DNA of 64,000 nt from Takakia lepidozioides (GCA_030704615.1 CM060732.1:19282001-19346000); one strand, 5' to 3'; positions 26,120 through 39,212 are shown, counted from the first letter of the stretch. The notes: a model not told the origin generated them from the sequence alone. Numbers and translations: made by a program.

Positions 26120-26420
26120 ACTGGCACAACACACCACTTGAATGTGCATCTTGTGTTCCTTAACCATATAAGTAAAGACGATAATATCATCAACGTAGCT
26201 CACCGGACAAAGTCTAGACCTACAAGAATCATATCCATAACGTTCTGAAATTGATCTATAGGAGCATTCTTCAAGCCAAATGGTAGGAGCCGTCATTTAT
26301 GCAAAGTTCAAACAATCTTTCCCATGTTGGTCAATCCTGGCCCCAGAATATTGTTTTTTGCTTGTTCGCCTCTTTGATTGGCAACTGGTGATAAAACCCT
26401 TTCTGATCTTGTACATTAGA
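26120..26420 (-). mobile_element. Ty3/Gypsy RT fragment
   Basis: GFYHQLPIKEANKQKTIFWG, LPFGLKNAP..FQ..MD, YVDDIIVF..EH..HIQ across frameshifts. Confidence 0.8.
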
Positions 26421-26435
26421 ATGTGAGCTCATGGA

Positions 26436-27022
26436 GGGGTCCCGAATTCGGTGTTTTTCAATGGGCAGAAAGGGTATGTTGCGCCGCACACTATTTTGGG
26501 GTCCGAATTCGGTGTTTTTCAATGGGCAGAAAGTGTGTGCGGTGCCGCACACTGTTTTTCCAACCAACCATGGGGGAAAATAATAATAATAATAATAATA
26601 ATAATAATCCCCCCCCTCGGTTGGTTGGACCCCAAAACAGTGTGCGGCGCCACACACTGTTTTGGGGTCCCGAATTCGGTGTTTTTCTAATGGGCAGAAA
26701 GGGTGTGCGGCGCCGCACATTGTTTTTTCAACTAACCAGTGGAGAAAAAAAATAAAAATAAATGTCTGTGGTCTGTGGTCTTCAGAGTGACTTGTGGTGC
26801 AGCCCTCCTCATTCATACATCCCCCCCGACTACGCGGAGGCCATTGCTCGTCAGCAGTGTCTCACACTGTCTCCCCCAACTGCCTGTCGGTCTGCTTGGA
26901 AGTCAAACAGGCACGTCGGAGCAAGGGTTTTCGTGGATGATAGTGCCCAAGTTTTGGGGGATAGTAGTAGTTCCGCCAATGCAGACAGTACACCGCATGT
27001 GACTGAAATGCAAACTTCATAA
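26436..27022 (+). mobile_element. Relic related to the MULE at 57786-62856: palindromic tandem repeats plus last cargo exon; contains (AAT)n
   Basis: ACAGTGTGCGGCGCCACACACTGT units as at 60395-61040; SPPHSYIPPDYAEAIA...VGARVFVDD aligns with SPPQSYMLPVYVEALA...VGAGIFVDD. Confidence 0.7.
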
Positions 27023-28128
27023 TGTTGTTGTCAGTAGACACATACTTCTTGGTTTATCAAAATTCAAATCTCTTTTTTTTTCTCCGCTCCTTAAATATGA
27101 AAACAACAACATGTTCAATATGGGATTTGCATTTTTTGATTGGAATACATTTTCTGTACCTACGCTACTTTCTAATTCCATGGCTGCATTGGAAAGTGAG
27201 TTCGTGGTAATCTAGTAATAGGATGATATAAAATTTTGCTAGTTCTATATTTGTTAATCATGGTTGCCCGATTTGTTGGAGGTTAATGCACACTTTATGG
27301 CTTGTATGCATTCGCCACACTCTTCTTTAAGCAATGACTTGTTCTTTGGAGTCTTGCTTTCTCATCATTCTAGAAAGCTGCATGAGCAAAGTTTACATGC
27401 ATGCTCAGCCTCATATGTGCACAGACGAGCAGATTGTAGGTCATTCGCTTAGGCGATTAGGTGGCATTGTTAGTACTGTGCCAATTAGGAACCCAAGCTA
27501 TCATTGGGGATGATGTATGTTGCAGGAAAATAAGTTCTGAAATTGTTCATTAATTCATCCACAACCATTCTTCTATATTCGGTCTCAAACACAATTATTC
27601 AGCAACATTCATTCCAACCCTTTGTTCTGCACTTCTTCTCATCGCCCAAATATGGTTCATATGTGCTGAATGCTCAAGTCCGCGGCTATAGGGCATCTTC
27701 ACGCTGTTTTGTCCGCGGTTATAGGTCCGTGCCTATGGGAATGACGTGGCGTGAACAGAGCCATCACCAGGGATTTGATTTCCAAAAAATACCAAAAAAT
27801 CTGTGTGTAGTGAAAGTACGACGAATGGCGAAAGGTGCAACTTTTTACCACCGATGGACCTGAGAATTTACAGGCTGATACAGGGTATATAATTGTAGTT
27901 TGTCACCAAGTTTGGTGATTTATGGAGCTGATTAGCAGCGGCGCCAAATTATTGAGTTGACGGCACTCATGGGGGCCGATTATTTGAATTTTTACTTCTT
28001 GGATGGATGAAAAATCCTGGAATTCGTCTTGAGGAGCTGGATGGATGAAATGACAACTTGCACCAACTGGTCATCCAATTGGATGGATGAAAAGCCAGCT
28101 TTCATTTGCCTCTAAGGCTTTTCATCCA

Positions 28129-28848
28129 TGTTGAATATTATATTATAGATCCTCCAAGGAAACAATAGTTTAATGAATATTTTCCATTAGTTTATTAGGC
28201 TCAAAAACAGTATAAAAGAAGGGCAAGGCTTCTCTTGTTCTTCATCTAGTTCTTCATCTTGTTTAGTTTCCTCTTGTTGTTGTAGTGTTTGCTAGTTTGT
28301 TAGTTTGTGGCTTGAGGAGGCTAGATCCTAGGGAGTGGAGCTTGAAGCTCCCTAGTTAGATATAATTCTTGTGAGCTAAGGCACGTGGCCTAGCTTGTGG
28401 GCCTTTGAGCCATCAATTGTGAAGGAAGAGGGCAATTTCATGTGGAGGAAAGTGACTTGAGGACGAGTAGGAGGGGCTGGTATGGACTTATGGACGAGAG
28501 CCCAAGTGGAGGCCGCATAGAGTACCATTACTTGAGTCGATAGAGCATCCCAAGCACTCTCGCATTGAAAGGTTGATCCCATCTTACCATTTCACCATTC
28601 ATGTATGTGATTCATTTATTTTCCAAGCAAAGCTTGAAGTTGAAAAATCTGATTTAGGCCCTCAAAAGAGGAGTATGCATTGTGGAATCCCCACCATTTC
28701 ATGTCTAGGATGGACAAGGGGAAGAACCCCATAGCCTATTGGAAATGGTACCAATAGAGGCTTGTATTTGAATTGTTTGAAGAAGGAATCTTTGTGTTTT
28801 TTGTTACTAATTTGAAATATAGCCAGCTCTGGAAAAGGAAGGCCAACA
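28129..28848. mobile_element. Possible solo LTR
   Basis: TGTTG...CAACA termini and TATAAAA at 28211; no TSD seen. Confidence 0.45.
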
Positions 28849-30921
28849 GGCCGGATCTATGATATAAGGCCACTATAAGGCCACTATGTGCTAATCCCCC
28901 CCCCCCCCCCCCCACTAGCTAGCCATGGAGGCCTAGGGGAGGGTGGGGTGTGTTTTTTTGTCTTGGGGTTTCGGCGGGCTAAATTTGCTGGACAACAGCT
29001 GCCCCAAAGTCGCGAGCAGCCCGGGTGCTGCGCCTAGAGAATAGGCATTCGATTACTTAAAGCGTGGAGGCAGCCGTGGCCCAGCCACGACGTACGGGAA
29101 GCGGGGCCCCAGAGCTGACCTTAAGTCGTACTGAGATCAAGTACATCAAGCCGCGTGCCTCAGGCGTGAGGCCCTGAAGCGTGCGAGCATGGTGCGGGTC
29201 TTTACCCGCGGGATAACCAAAAGTTGAGACGGACCGGCGGACGCCGGCGTTAACCGCAGCGGTCCTTTGCCTGCAAAATAATGCTGTTATAATCAGGGCA
29301 TTGTGGCCACAGGTGATGCGCCCAGTTTGGGTGGAACAAAAGGGACCAAAAATTACCTTTGAGAATGACTCACTATAATACATTTTAGGAGGTACGTGGA
29401 GTTGGATCCGGGCAACACGTGTACGTCTCGTAGTTGTGCATGTGTCAAGCTGTGATGGAGGTCATGTCTATAACATGCGTGTTGATGGTTTTGTAACGCC
29501 ATGTGTTGAACAGAGAAGCATGGTCGATAGTTAAACATAACTATAGCTCAACCATGGATGGACACGTGTTTGTATGAGGATTTATCAATTGTTTCATTTC
29601 TAATTTGATATTATCTCAATGTCGTCGTTGCAGCTATAACTTCAATGGATTTATGTCTGCCACATAGTGCATGGTAATTGGGAATGCAAAATGCGTGGTC
29701 ATATTCATATAAGGGGAGTAGAACAAGTAAGGATGTGTTTGTACATGTTCAGACCAGATTTTCTTAAAGACAATAAAGCCTTCATAGAAGGCACCATCAC
29801 TGGTTCTCTAATATCACACTGAGTGATTCGGGAGGATGTGGGATTCCTCTACTTACCTCCATCCTTCCTTCATTGCTCAAAATTGTACCATCCTTCTACC
29901 AAAGTATCATTCTAGCATAGCTTGGAGATTTAAGTGTTTAGGTAAATTACCACTTAGCTATCCTTTCTTGATTGACATGTATAAGTCACCTAGAGTTAAA
30001 TGCAAGAAATAATTTATAGTATCATAGCTATGTCAAACTCTTTGGTCTAACCAAGCAGAAGTTATATCAAAGTAGGAGTAGGGATAGAGCATATCACTAG
30101 CATTCCTTTGTGCAAATATTACTGATGTGAATATTCCAGCAAAGCTAGCAAAGCTGGAGGGAAAAAATTCCCTCTATTTATCTGTAAAACCCAAAGTCAC
30201 TTATGAGTTCATAGAAGAAGAGATGCCCTCACTTGCACCCGTTCCAAAAAGCACCACAAGCATATGATGTGGGTTAGTGAGGATATGCGAGGTGCATGTC
30301 ATGCACTCTTGTATGTTATAGCTGTCCAAAATGAAATGATAAGTAGGGTTCCAGAATAGGAAAAACATTCAATTGAGCATGAAGGTTGCAAGCAACTGAC
30401 AAGGGAGAGTGTATGTACCACCAATCATCACCTGAATTGTCTGAGGAAGAGGAGCAGGTTGTGACATGTTCAGCAAAAACCGGCTCACAAAAGTCTCCAA
30501 AGAGCAGCTCACAAGATAGATATCTTTCCTTCTCCAAGTAGGAGTCTGAGGGAAGTGTTAGTCATTTTATACACAAGCCTCCACCATACTTTTTAGAGTA
30601 GAGAGACAGTAGTGTGCTGCTAGGCTTGCTCACTAAGAACGTTAGTGGAGGGAAGAGCGGGGGCACATTAAGACTTCCTCTCAAATCCAAAACTCTAAAG
30701 TAAAAAAAGATGTAAATTATCTGAAGGCTAGGTGTCCAGAATCTTGAAATCCTAATGCATGTACATGTGTCTAACATGTAGGGATTCAAGCAGACATGTG
30801 TCCTCAGTCCAAAATTATCTTTACTTCATAATTTATTTATAAATTCAGGTTTTTCTCTACTTCCTGCTGACAAAAGAAATGAAGAGATTTTGAACACCCA
30901 AGGATTTACGAAGAGAGAAAC

Positions 30922-31790
30922 AGAGAGAGAAGACGTCAGCCATAGCCAGCGCAACTGAGAGCCACTTCACCTTGCGGCTACTCCCCTCTTCGAAGGTGGG
31001 CCATATATATCTATATATACAACTAAACAAAACACTGATGTAACGAATATCTGAAGGTTGTGGCGGGGATTAGTGATGACATGAATATGTGTTAAATATT
31101 GGGTGTTGGTACGTTTGTGAAAAGCAATGCAATAAGCTGGATAGTGAGGACATGGTCAGGATCACAATCATCATGTTTGCCAAAGAGGTTGTCTTCTTCT
31201 TCCCATGAGTCGTAAGTGGATGGGAAATTGGCTCATTTGCAATAATAATATGTGTGCATACGAGTCGCACCAAAGGTATCGATAGTTGTAAGTGTTTTCA
31301 TGCCCAAGATGGCTTCTATTATAAAGGCATTTGGGTTGTTGAGATTAACAGGGCAATGTAGTTTTATGGGGTCTGTGGTGGGTGGACTATGTGGTTTGGG
31401 GGATCTCGTTGCAGACATGTGGGTGATGCGGGGGTGACGGTGGTAGGCACGAAGTAGTAGGCCTGTAGCAGGAGACATGGGAATGTCAAGTATTGGGGGA
31501 GCAAGATCTTGTACTGTGGGTGGTGGGGAGAATGGGTGGTTGGCTGGAGGGTCTTGATATGTGGCTAGTAGGTATAGAGTATAGATGTCCCGATTTTGGT
31601 GTTTTTCACGTTGTTGTTCTGGGCTGCAACATACAATTAATCTGGCCCATGGCGAGGGGCCTTGCCTTCCACCAATCATCTGTAAGTCCTGTGAAACTGT
31701 TTTTGTGGCAGTTTGTAAGCAGTGGGCAGCGATGGTGGGCTGTTGTAGGATTTGATGAACTCAATGCCGTGTACTGACAACAACCCCTCA
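30922..31790 (-). mobile_element. Second, internally deleted RandI/Dualen-like LINE copy (chromodomain region plus structured 3' end)
   Basis: AFIIEAILGMKTLTTIDTFGATRMHTYYYCK*ANF...SWEEEDNLFGKHDDCDPDH matches copy 1; minus strand of 30932-31002 has the same RNA fold and TTCTCTC tail. Confidence 0.85.
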
Positions 31791-31829
31791 TCTCTTATGC
31801 AAGCATTCAACAAGCCAAGTTGACTGCAG

Positions 31830-33400
31830 AGCATATTCAGCCCCCCACGTTTCTAGTTGCCTAATGTTCTTCATCTCCTGGGCAGAGCATTTTCCAGGGT
31901 CTCCATCTGTGATGACACACTATCTTCTCATGTGGTTCAGCTTCTGGTCTTGCTCTTGTTTGCACCACCCCAATGAAGGGCAGTTCCCACCTGCTTGATT
32001 CTCTCTATATGGTTGTCTTGGGTCTTGGCAGGGTTTCCCACAACCGCCTTTCCTTTTCAGACTGCCAGTCATCAGCCTCGTTCTCCAATGCTTCACTTTC
32101 TTCCCAAGTGAAGTGCTCTCCTCTTTTATGCTTCAACGTCCCTGCAGGTGTCTTTTCCTTCATCTCCCGTGGTGCTTTCGAATGAATGAGCACTGATTTA
32201 CATCTGTTGGCAACACTTACGGTGTCCATTTCCTTGCATGCCACTGCAGGCCCGCATTGACTTTCTTGGCACGGAAGTCTCTTCCTTCTCCCTCATTTTC
32301 TGGCTCTGTTGGTGCCCCACTCACCATGCTATCAGGGCTGCACTTATTTTGTGGTGTTGCGCCAGCCAAGGGCGATCTCCGATTGTTGGCAACAGCTGAT
32401 TGGAGTCTTCTTGGCAGAGTCTCCCACGAGCTCCCATCAATTTCAGGCATCAGGTTTTCTACCCTGCCCTTCCACTTTTCATAAGCGAGGTGTATGTCTT
32501 CCTCCCTTTCACTCTTCAGCGTCTCAGGCAGATTTTTCTTCATGCGATTGCTGCTCCCATACTTCCAGTCCTTGTTTAATTTTCTCCAGCCATCACCCTC
32601 AGATTTGACAAGGTATTGCTGCCCTTCCTTGTGTCTTTCCTCACTCCTAGCTGCTGGTTTTATCCCAGATTCACCTCTCATCCTTGCCTGGGGTTTTGCT
32701 TGCCAAACAGCCCTTGTGTGGGGAACTTCACCGAAAGGCAACATCTCATTCTCAGTTCCTGTCTTTGTACCTCTTTGCAGCAGTCCAGCCTCGGGTGCCT
32801 CACTTTTTGATTGCTGGGTTGCATTCTTCGCCGCCAACCTTTGACAAGAAAATGTGCTCCATCTTCCTCATCTCCTACTGGTTCCCTTGATGCTTCACCT
32901 CGTATGTCTTCCTCCTCATGTTTTAGCATCAGCTCCCATGCTTGAATTGCTACTTTTCCTCGTAGTTGATCTTGTGCTTTCTTTTTTCTCCGTAGCCTAA
33001 TCAACAGTTTTGTCTTGGCAGCTCCCTTGCCATGAGTGCCTTGTCTCACTGCATCTCCCTTGGCTGCCCACCATCCATGGAGTCTTTCTTGCACTATTCT
33101 GACCCTCATTGGCATGCACTTTGCTGCGATGCCCCACATGTATTTGCTGCTCCCTTTAATCATCAACATAGTGCTCCAGAGCCAGTTCCTCATTGTTGAC
33201 CAGTTGACCTTCTCAGCCTTTGGACCCCATTTTCCCTTCTCCCATGTTGCCTCGTCTTTCTGCTTCATCGTTTGCTTTACTTGCACGATGTTGCTTCTTC
33301 CCTACAGCTCATCATGTGTTGTGGCTCTTTCCCATGTTGCACTCACTCCCATCATACGTTGTGCAGTTGATAAGACTGAGATGAGTTGATGCAGGATAGG
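31830..33400 (-). mobile_element. Degenerate retroelement-like coding relic
   Basis: Overlapping K/E-rich minus-strand ORFs ending at a PPT-like GGGGGG near 31842; no diagnostic domain recognised. Confidence 0.35.
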
Positions 33401-33629
33401 GGGAGGGCTTGCTGGTGTATGTTGTCCGATAGGCCCCATGCACAGAGTCAAAGCTGGAAATCAGCCTTGCAAGGACCCAAGTGAGAGAAGTTTGGTGGGG
33501 GTAGCATCTTGGGGGATGGCAGTTAGGGCAATGTGTGTCTAGGGTAATATATGTCATAGCAACGGGTGATGTGCTGTCAATTTTGAGGATAGAGACAGCC
33601 TGTAAGCTGTAGATTTGTATAAGTGGTTT

Positions 33630-33815
33630 CTTCTGACACATATTGCTCCCAGTTTGCCACAACCAGTTGTTTGCGTTTGTAGTGCATGTGCGAGCCTGCT
33701 GGGGAAGGGCAAAGAGGTCCATGGTTGCATCGTCAAAGCTGGAATTGTGGCAGATGTCATTCTGAACAATACCCTTGTGGACAGGGAGTGTTCAACAATA
33801 TGGCTGAGCGAAGGA
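33630..33815 (+). pseudogene. Isolated PPR fragment
   Basis: CSACASLLGKGKEVHGCIVKAGIVADVILNNTLVD. Confidence 0.8.
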
Positions 33816-33829
33816 TAGAGTGTAATGAC

Positions 33830-34565
33830 TGTTAATGAAGGCACCTTCTTCAATTTCACCTTGTTTTCCCCTCTTATCAGAATCGCCCCTAATTATTCAT
33901 GTTTGAATTCTGCAAGTTAGCTAGTTGAGTGAAGCTTTGATAGTTTGGAGTGACTTTGACATAATTCTGCCAGTGTGACAACAGAAAAGTATCAGAAACA
34001 AGTAACACAGACGAGGAGAAGTTGTGGAATGAATATTTTTCTGACCCTAGTCAATGGTGGGACAATCGAGGCAAGAAGGTGAATGTTTGTTGGATTATAG
34101 AGAGTAGCAGATGCAATTGAGCGTAGGAACTAGTGTGATAAGTTGAGTTGGGTGCTTCCTAGAACAAGTCTAGGCTGTCATCATCAACGGCACAATTGAT
34201 AAAATCAGACATTGTTAATGAAGGCATCTTCTTCAGCACATTTCACCCTGTTTTTCCCTCTTATTAGAATCGGTCCAAAATTTCCATGTTGAATTATGCA
34301 AGTTAACTGGTTGAGTGAATCTAGTTTGGAATGACTTTGACATGATACTGCTATGTGACAACAGGAAAGTATCAAAAAACAAGTAACAGACATGAGGAGA
34401 AGCTGTGGAATGAATACTTTTCTGCCCCCAGTCAATGATGGGACACCCGAGGCAAAAAGGTGAATGCCTGCTACATTTCAGAGAGTAGCAGACGCAATTG
34501 AGCATATGAACTAGTGTGATAAGCTGAGTTGGGTGTTTCCTAGAACAAATGTAGGTTGTCATTGT
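33830..34565 (+). repeat. Tandem duplication of about 380 bp
   Basis: TGTTAATGAAGGCA...CTAGAACAA units starting at about 33830 and 34212. Confidence 0.85.
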
Positions 34566-35559
34566 CAGCTACTAGCAGCAAGGCAAGGATGAATGCATGA
34601 TTTGTGCAGGGGCATGGATAGCTGAAGGAGCAGGGATAGAGTGTGGTCCAGATTCATCCTAGAGGGCCAAATTTCAATCACAAGATTTACCTATGATTCC
34701 CTGTGGATCAATAACTACAAGAAACCTCCATGGGTAGATGGTCTATTCCGTGGAACTCACTGAAGTCTTGCATTATGAGGATCAGAACTGCTTGACTTGC
34801 ACGAGGCCTTGACCCTTAGGCAATCCCCAGAGCAGCAGTAGCTTTTGGGCTGCTTTTTTACTTTGTGTTTTTTATTTTGTCCCATAAGCTCTTTGAGCTT
34901 TCCACAGATGTAATAAAGTACCATTTTGTTTCATTTCATTCATTTTCATTTCATTTTATTTCATGGCATGTCTTTCATCGTTTGTGCATTTCTAATGCAT
35001 GATTAGTTCTCTTGTATGGCATTACTAGTCGACTCACTACAAACACCAAAACTCCAAAGCATGAATCACTATGAATGATTGTTCAAGTAATTTCGAGCAC
35101 TTCATGTAAAGTAGTAAAGCAGTGGTGCGCCAACTTCCGCAATCGCAATTGCCACTGGGCATGTAGCACTGCAAGTTATGTGGTCTACTACCACGTGGCA
35201 GCAGTGGTGCTCGTCGTGGCGCCGCCACGTCGGCATCCACATCGTCGTCCATGTGTCACCGCGCTTCAGTGAGTCGGTCCACTCATCCGGAGGGAAAAGT
35301 CAAAGTCAGCCCAAAAGGTCAGACACACGGGCGGCTCGCCTGGTTACGCCACGTGGTTCTTCAGCATTAATCGCATTAATTGCTGAGCAGTTGTTCGCGC
35401 GTCTGCGTCCTTTACCACTCCAATCATTGGATGTCCAACCCAACTACCATGTCTGTTGTAACTAGTCTGTTGTAACTTCCAGTCGATCCCAGTTTTTTGA
35501 CTTTTACGACTCAAAATGAGTCGTTACCCCAGTGGTAAATGACACGAATGCTTCTAGTG

Positions 35560-38500
35560 TAAGGATGCAAAGGCAGTTTTCAACAATATGCAGGCTGAAC
35601 AAGATGTGGTGTCATGGAGCGCGATGCTTGTAGGGTATGCACAGCAGGGAGGCTTTGGAGACCTATGAGCAAATGATGGGGGAAGGGGTGAAGCCCAACC
35701 ACATCACGTTCCTTTGCGTTTGCAATGCGTGTGCAAGCCTAGGAGCCTGGGAAAGGGCAAAGAGGTCCATGATGACATCGTCAAAGCTGAAATTCTACCA
35801 GATGTCATTCTGAATACTGCCCTGGTGGACATGTATGCCAAATGTGGGTGCATTAAGGATGCAAAGACAGTTTTGAAAGTTCAACAATATGCAGGTTGAA
35901 CGAGATGTGGTGTCATGGAGCGTGATGCTTGCAGGGTATGCACAGCAGGGACGTGGGGTGGAGGCTTTGGAGAGCTATGAGCAAGTGATGGGGGAAGGGG
36001 TGAAGCCCAACCACATCACGTTTGTGTGCGTTTGCAATGCATGCGCAAGCCTGGCAGCTCTGGAAAAGGGCAAAGAGGCCCATGGCGACATTGTCAGGGC
36101 TGGAATTGTACCCGATGTCATTCTGGACAATGCCCTCATGGACATGTATGCCAAATGTGGGAGCATTGAGGGTGCGAAGGCAGTGTTCAACAATATGGCT
36201 GAATGAAATGTGGTGTCGTGGACCGCGATGCTTGCAAGGTATGCACAGCTGGAGCACGTGACGGAGGCTTTGGAGTCCTATGAGCAAATGATGGTGGAAG
36301 GGGTGAAGCCCGACCACATCACATCTGTGCATTTGCAAGCCTGGCAGCCCTAGAAAAGGGCAAAGAGGTGCAAGGTGACATCGTCAAAGCTGGAATTGTG
36401 CCAGATGTCATTGTGAACACTACCATGGTGGACATGTTTGCCAAATGTGGGTGCATTAAGGATGCAAAGGGAATTTTCAACAATATGGCTGAACGAGATG
36501 TGGTGTCATTGAAGACGATGCTTGCAGGGTATCCACAGCAGGGACGTGGTATGGGGGCTTTGGAGACCTAAGATCAGATGATGGGGCAAGGGGTGAAGCC
36601 CATCCACATCACGTTTCAATGCATTAGCAATGCGTGTGCAAGCCTGGCAGCTCTGGAAAAGGGCAAAGAGGTCCATGGCGACATGGTCAGAGCTGCAGTT
36701 GTACCAAATGTCATTCTGAACAATACCCTCGTGGACATGTATGAAGGGAGTGTTCGACAGTATGGCTGAACGAGATGTGGTATCGTGGAGTGCGATGATT
36801 GCAGGATATGCACAGCAAGGGCGCGGGATGGAGGCTTTGGAGACCTATGAACAAATGATGTGCGAAGGGGGTGAAGCCCAACTACATGACGTTTGTTTGC
36901 ATTTGCAATGCGTGTGCAAGCCTGGCAGCCCTGAAAAAGTGCAAAGAGGTCCATGGTGACATTATCAAATCTGGAATTGTACCCAATGTCATTCTGAACA
37001 CTGCCCTGGTGGACATGTATGTCAAATGTGGGTGCATCGAGGATGCAAATGGAGTGTTTGACAGTACTGCTGAACGTGATGTGGTGTCGTGGAGTGTGAT
37101 GATTGTAAGATATGCACAGCAAGGGTGCGGGATGGAGGCTTTGGAGACCTATGAGCAAATGATGTGCGAAGGGGTGAAAACCAACCACATCACATTTGTT
37201 TGTGTTTGCAATGCGTGTGCAAGCCTGGGAGCTCTGGAAACGGGGAAAGAGGTCCATGGTGACATCGTCAAAGCTGGAATTGTACCTAATGTCATCCTGA
37301 ACACTGCCCTAGTGGACATGTATGCCAAATGTGGGTGCATCGAGGATGCGAAGGGAGTTAATTTCAATACCATGGCTGAACGAGATGTGGTGTTGTGGAA
37401 CGCGATGCTTGCAGGGGTATGCACAGCAGGGGCATGGGATGAAGGCTTTGGAGACCTATGAGCAAATGATGGGGGAAGGGGTGAAGCCACATCACGTTTG
37501 TGTGCGTTTGCAGTTTGTGTGCAAGGCTGGCAGCCTGGAAAAAGGCAAAGAGGTGCATGGTTGCATCGCCAAAGCTGGAATTGTACCAGATGTGATTCTG
37601 AACAATACCCTCGTGGACATGTATGCTAAATGTGGGTGCATCAAGGATGCGGAGGGAGTGCCATGCTTGCAGGATATGCACAGCAGGGGCGCTGGATGGA
37701 GGCCTTGGAGACCTATGAGCAAATGATGGGTAAGGGGTGAAGTCCGACCACATCACGTTTGTGTGCGTTTGCAATGCTTGTGCAAGCCTAGCAGCCCTAG
37801 AAAAAGGCAAAGGGTGCATGGTGACATCATCAAGGCTGGAATTGTACCAAATGTCATTCTGGACACTGCCCTGGTGGACATGTATGCGAAATGTGGGTGC
37901 ATTGAGGATGCAAAGAGAGTATTTGACAATGTGGCTGAATGAAATGTGGTGTCGTGGAATCCGATGATCGCAGGATATGCCCAGCATGGTTGTCATAGGG
38001 AGGTCCTACAACTATTTGAAGGAATGCAAAAGAATGGCTTGAAGCTGGACAATATCACCTTTATATGTGTTCTCTCTACATGCAGCCACACTGGCCTACT
38101 GAATGAAGGAAGACGCTATTTCGATTCCCTGAGTCAAGATCATGGTGTCACCCTGCCAGTAAAGCACTTTGGCTGCATGGTGGACCTTCTGGACGTGCGG
38201 GACAACTACATGAGACAAGGTACCTGATTAATAAAATGCGAATCAATCCAGATGTTGTGGTGTGGAAGGCCTTGCTTGGTGCCTGCAGAATCCATGGCAA
38301 TGTGGAGATGGCTGAATGTGTAGCAACATCTATCCTCAAGTGGGATGAACAGGATGCCGCGACTTATGTGTTGCTATAATTCTGGGTTTGGGTGGTGGAG
38401 CTTCTCCAAAGCTTGAAGATGGAAGTGAATACGAATTTTAATGAGCTTGATGAGAGGGGCAGTCCTGTGCACAAGTTTGTTCAACATCTTAAATTTGGAC

Positions 38501-38720
38501 ATGTTTGTTTGTTTCTCGTGGTGTGGCTTTGGATGGAGCCCTTGACGAACTTGCATGAATATTGTCAAAAGCTAGCCTTAACCCACCAAGATCCAATCCC
38601 ACGGTGGATGCTTGAAAGTTCATATAGTGAATGTAAGGGTATTTGGGTATGTTGTTATTGATTGATGCGGCTTGTGAAAATTGAACATTGAAATGCAGAT
38701 CCGCCATTTTTCTTCCATAA
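35560..38720 (+). pseudogene. PLS-class PPR RNA-editing-factor pseudogene with E domain and possible DYW remnant
   Basis: About 8 P-L-S triplets at roughly 303-bp period (DVVSW..M..GYAQQG / GVKPNHITF..CNACASLAALEKGKEVH / DVILNTALVDMYAKCG), then HFGCMVDLL and VWKALLGACRIHGNVE; many stops and frameshifts. Confidence 0.93.
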
Positions 38721-38875
38721 AAAACAAAACACGGGATCTCATGTAACACCGTGGGGATGACCCACCCTTTTTTTTGTGAAAAATTGAACTTAGTTCTTAG
38801 AATTCGTCGCTAGTAGTGCGGAGCAACGCGAAGCCCTAGTTTATAGCCGCAAGAGAAAAAAGATTCATTCACTCA

Positions 38876-39057
38876 AACAACCAACATGTAGCCCAGTGGT
38901 AAGGACATATACCCTCTTACGAGTGGTTGTGGGTTCAAACCACCCTGTTGGTTGTTACATAAGGTGTCCACCTTCCTACCGGAAGGCAGTAGCCCTTCTG
39001 GGTCAAGTGACACCATAAGTTACGCTTGCTTTGGCAACGCGTCCACCTTTTTTTTTT
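38876..39057 (+). mobile_element. Full-length tRNA-derived SINE family A
   Basis: A box TAGCCCAGTGG, B box GGGTTCAAACC, structured 3' half, T tail; 12-bp TSD TTCATTCACTCA (38864-38875 and 39058-39069). Confidence 0.9.
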
Positions 39058-39100
39058 TTCATTCACTCATTGGTGTTCAAAGAAGGTTGTGTAATCATTA

Positions 39101-39168
39101 TATGACGCCTCCCCAAGGAAGCGTAAATTATGGTGTCTCCTGACCCATAAGGGCTAGTGCCTTCTGGT
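39101..39168 (-). mobile_element. SINE family A 3' fragment
   Basis: Reverse complement GAAGGCACTAGCCCTTATGGGTCAGGAGACACCATAATTTACGCTTCC...GGCGTCATA. Confidence 0.75.
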
Positions 39169-39212
39169 TATTTTACACATGTTATTTTTAAATTAATCCT
39201 TTATCCAACCCG

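Noticed and set aside
35035-35559. CACTA...TAGTG mini-element
   Set aside because: TIR similarity is marginal and there is no 3-bp TSD
38876-38950. tRNA gene
   Set aside because: No complete cloverleaf; it is a SINE head flanked by TSDs. The same applies to 46598-46660
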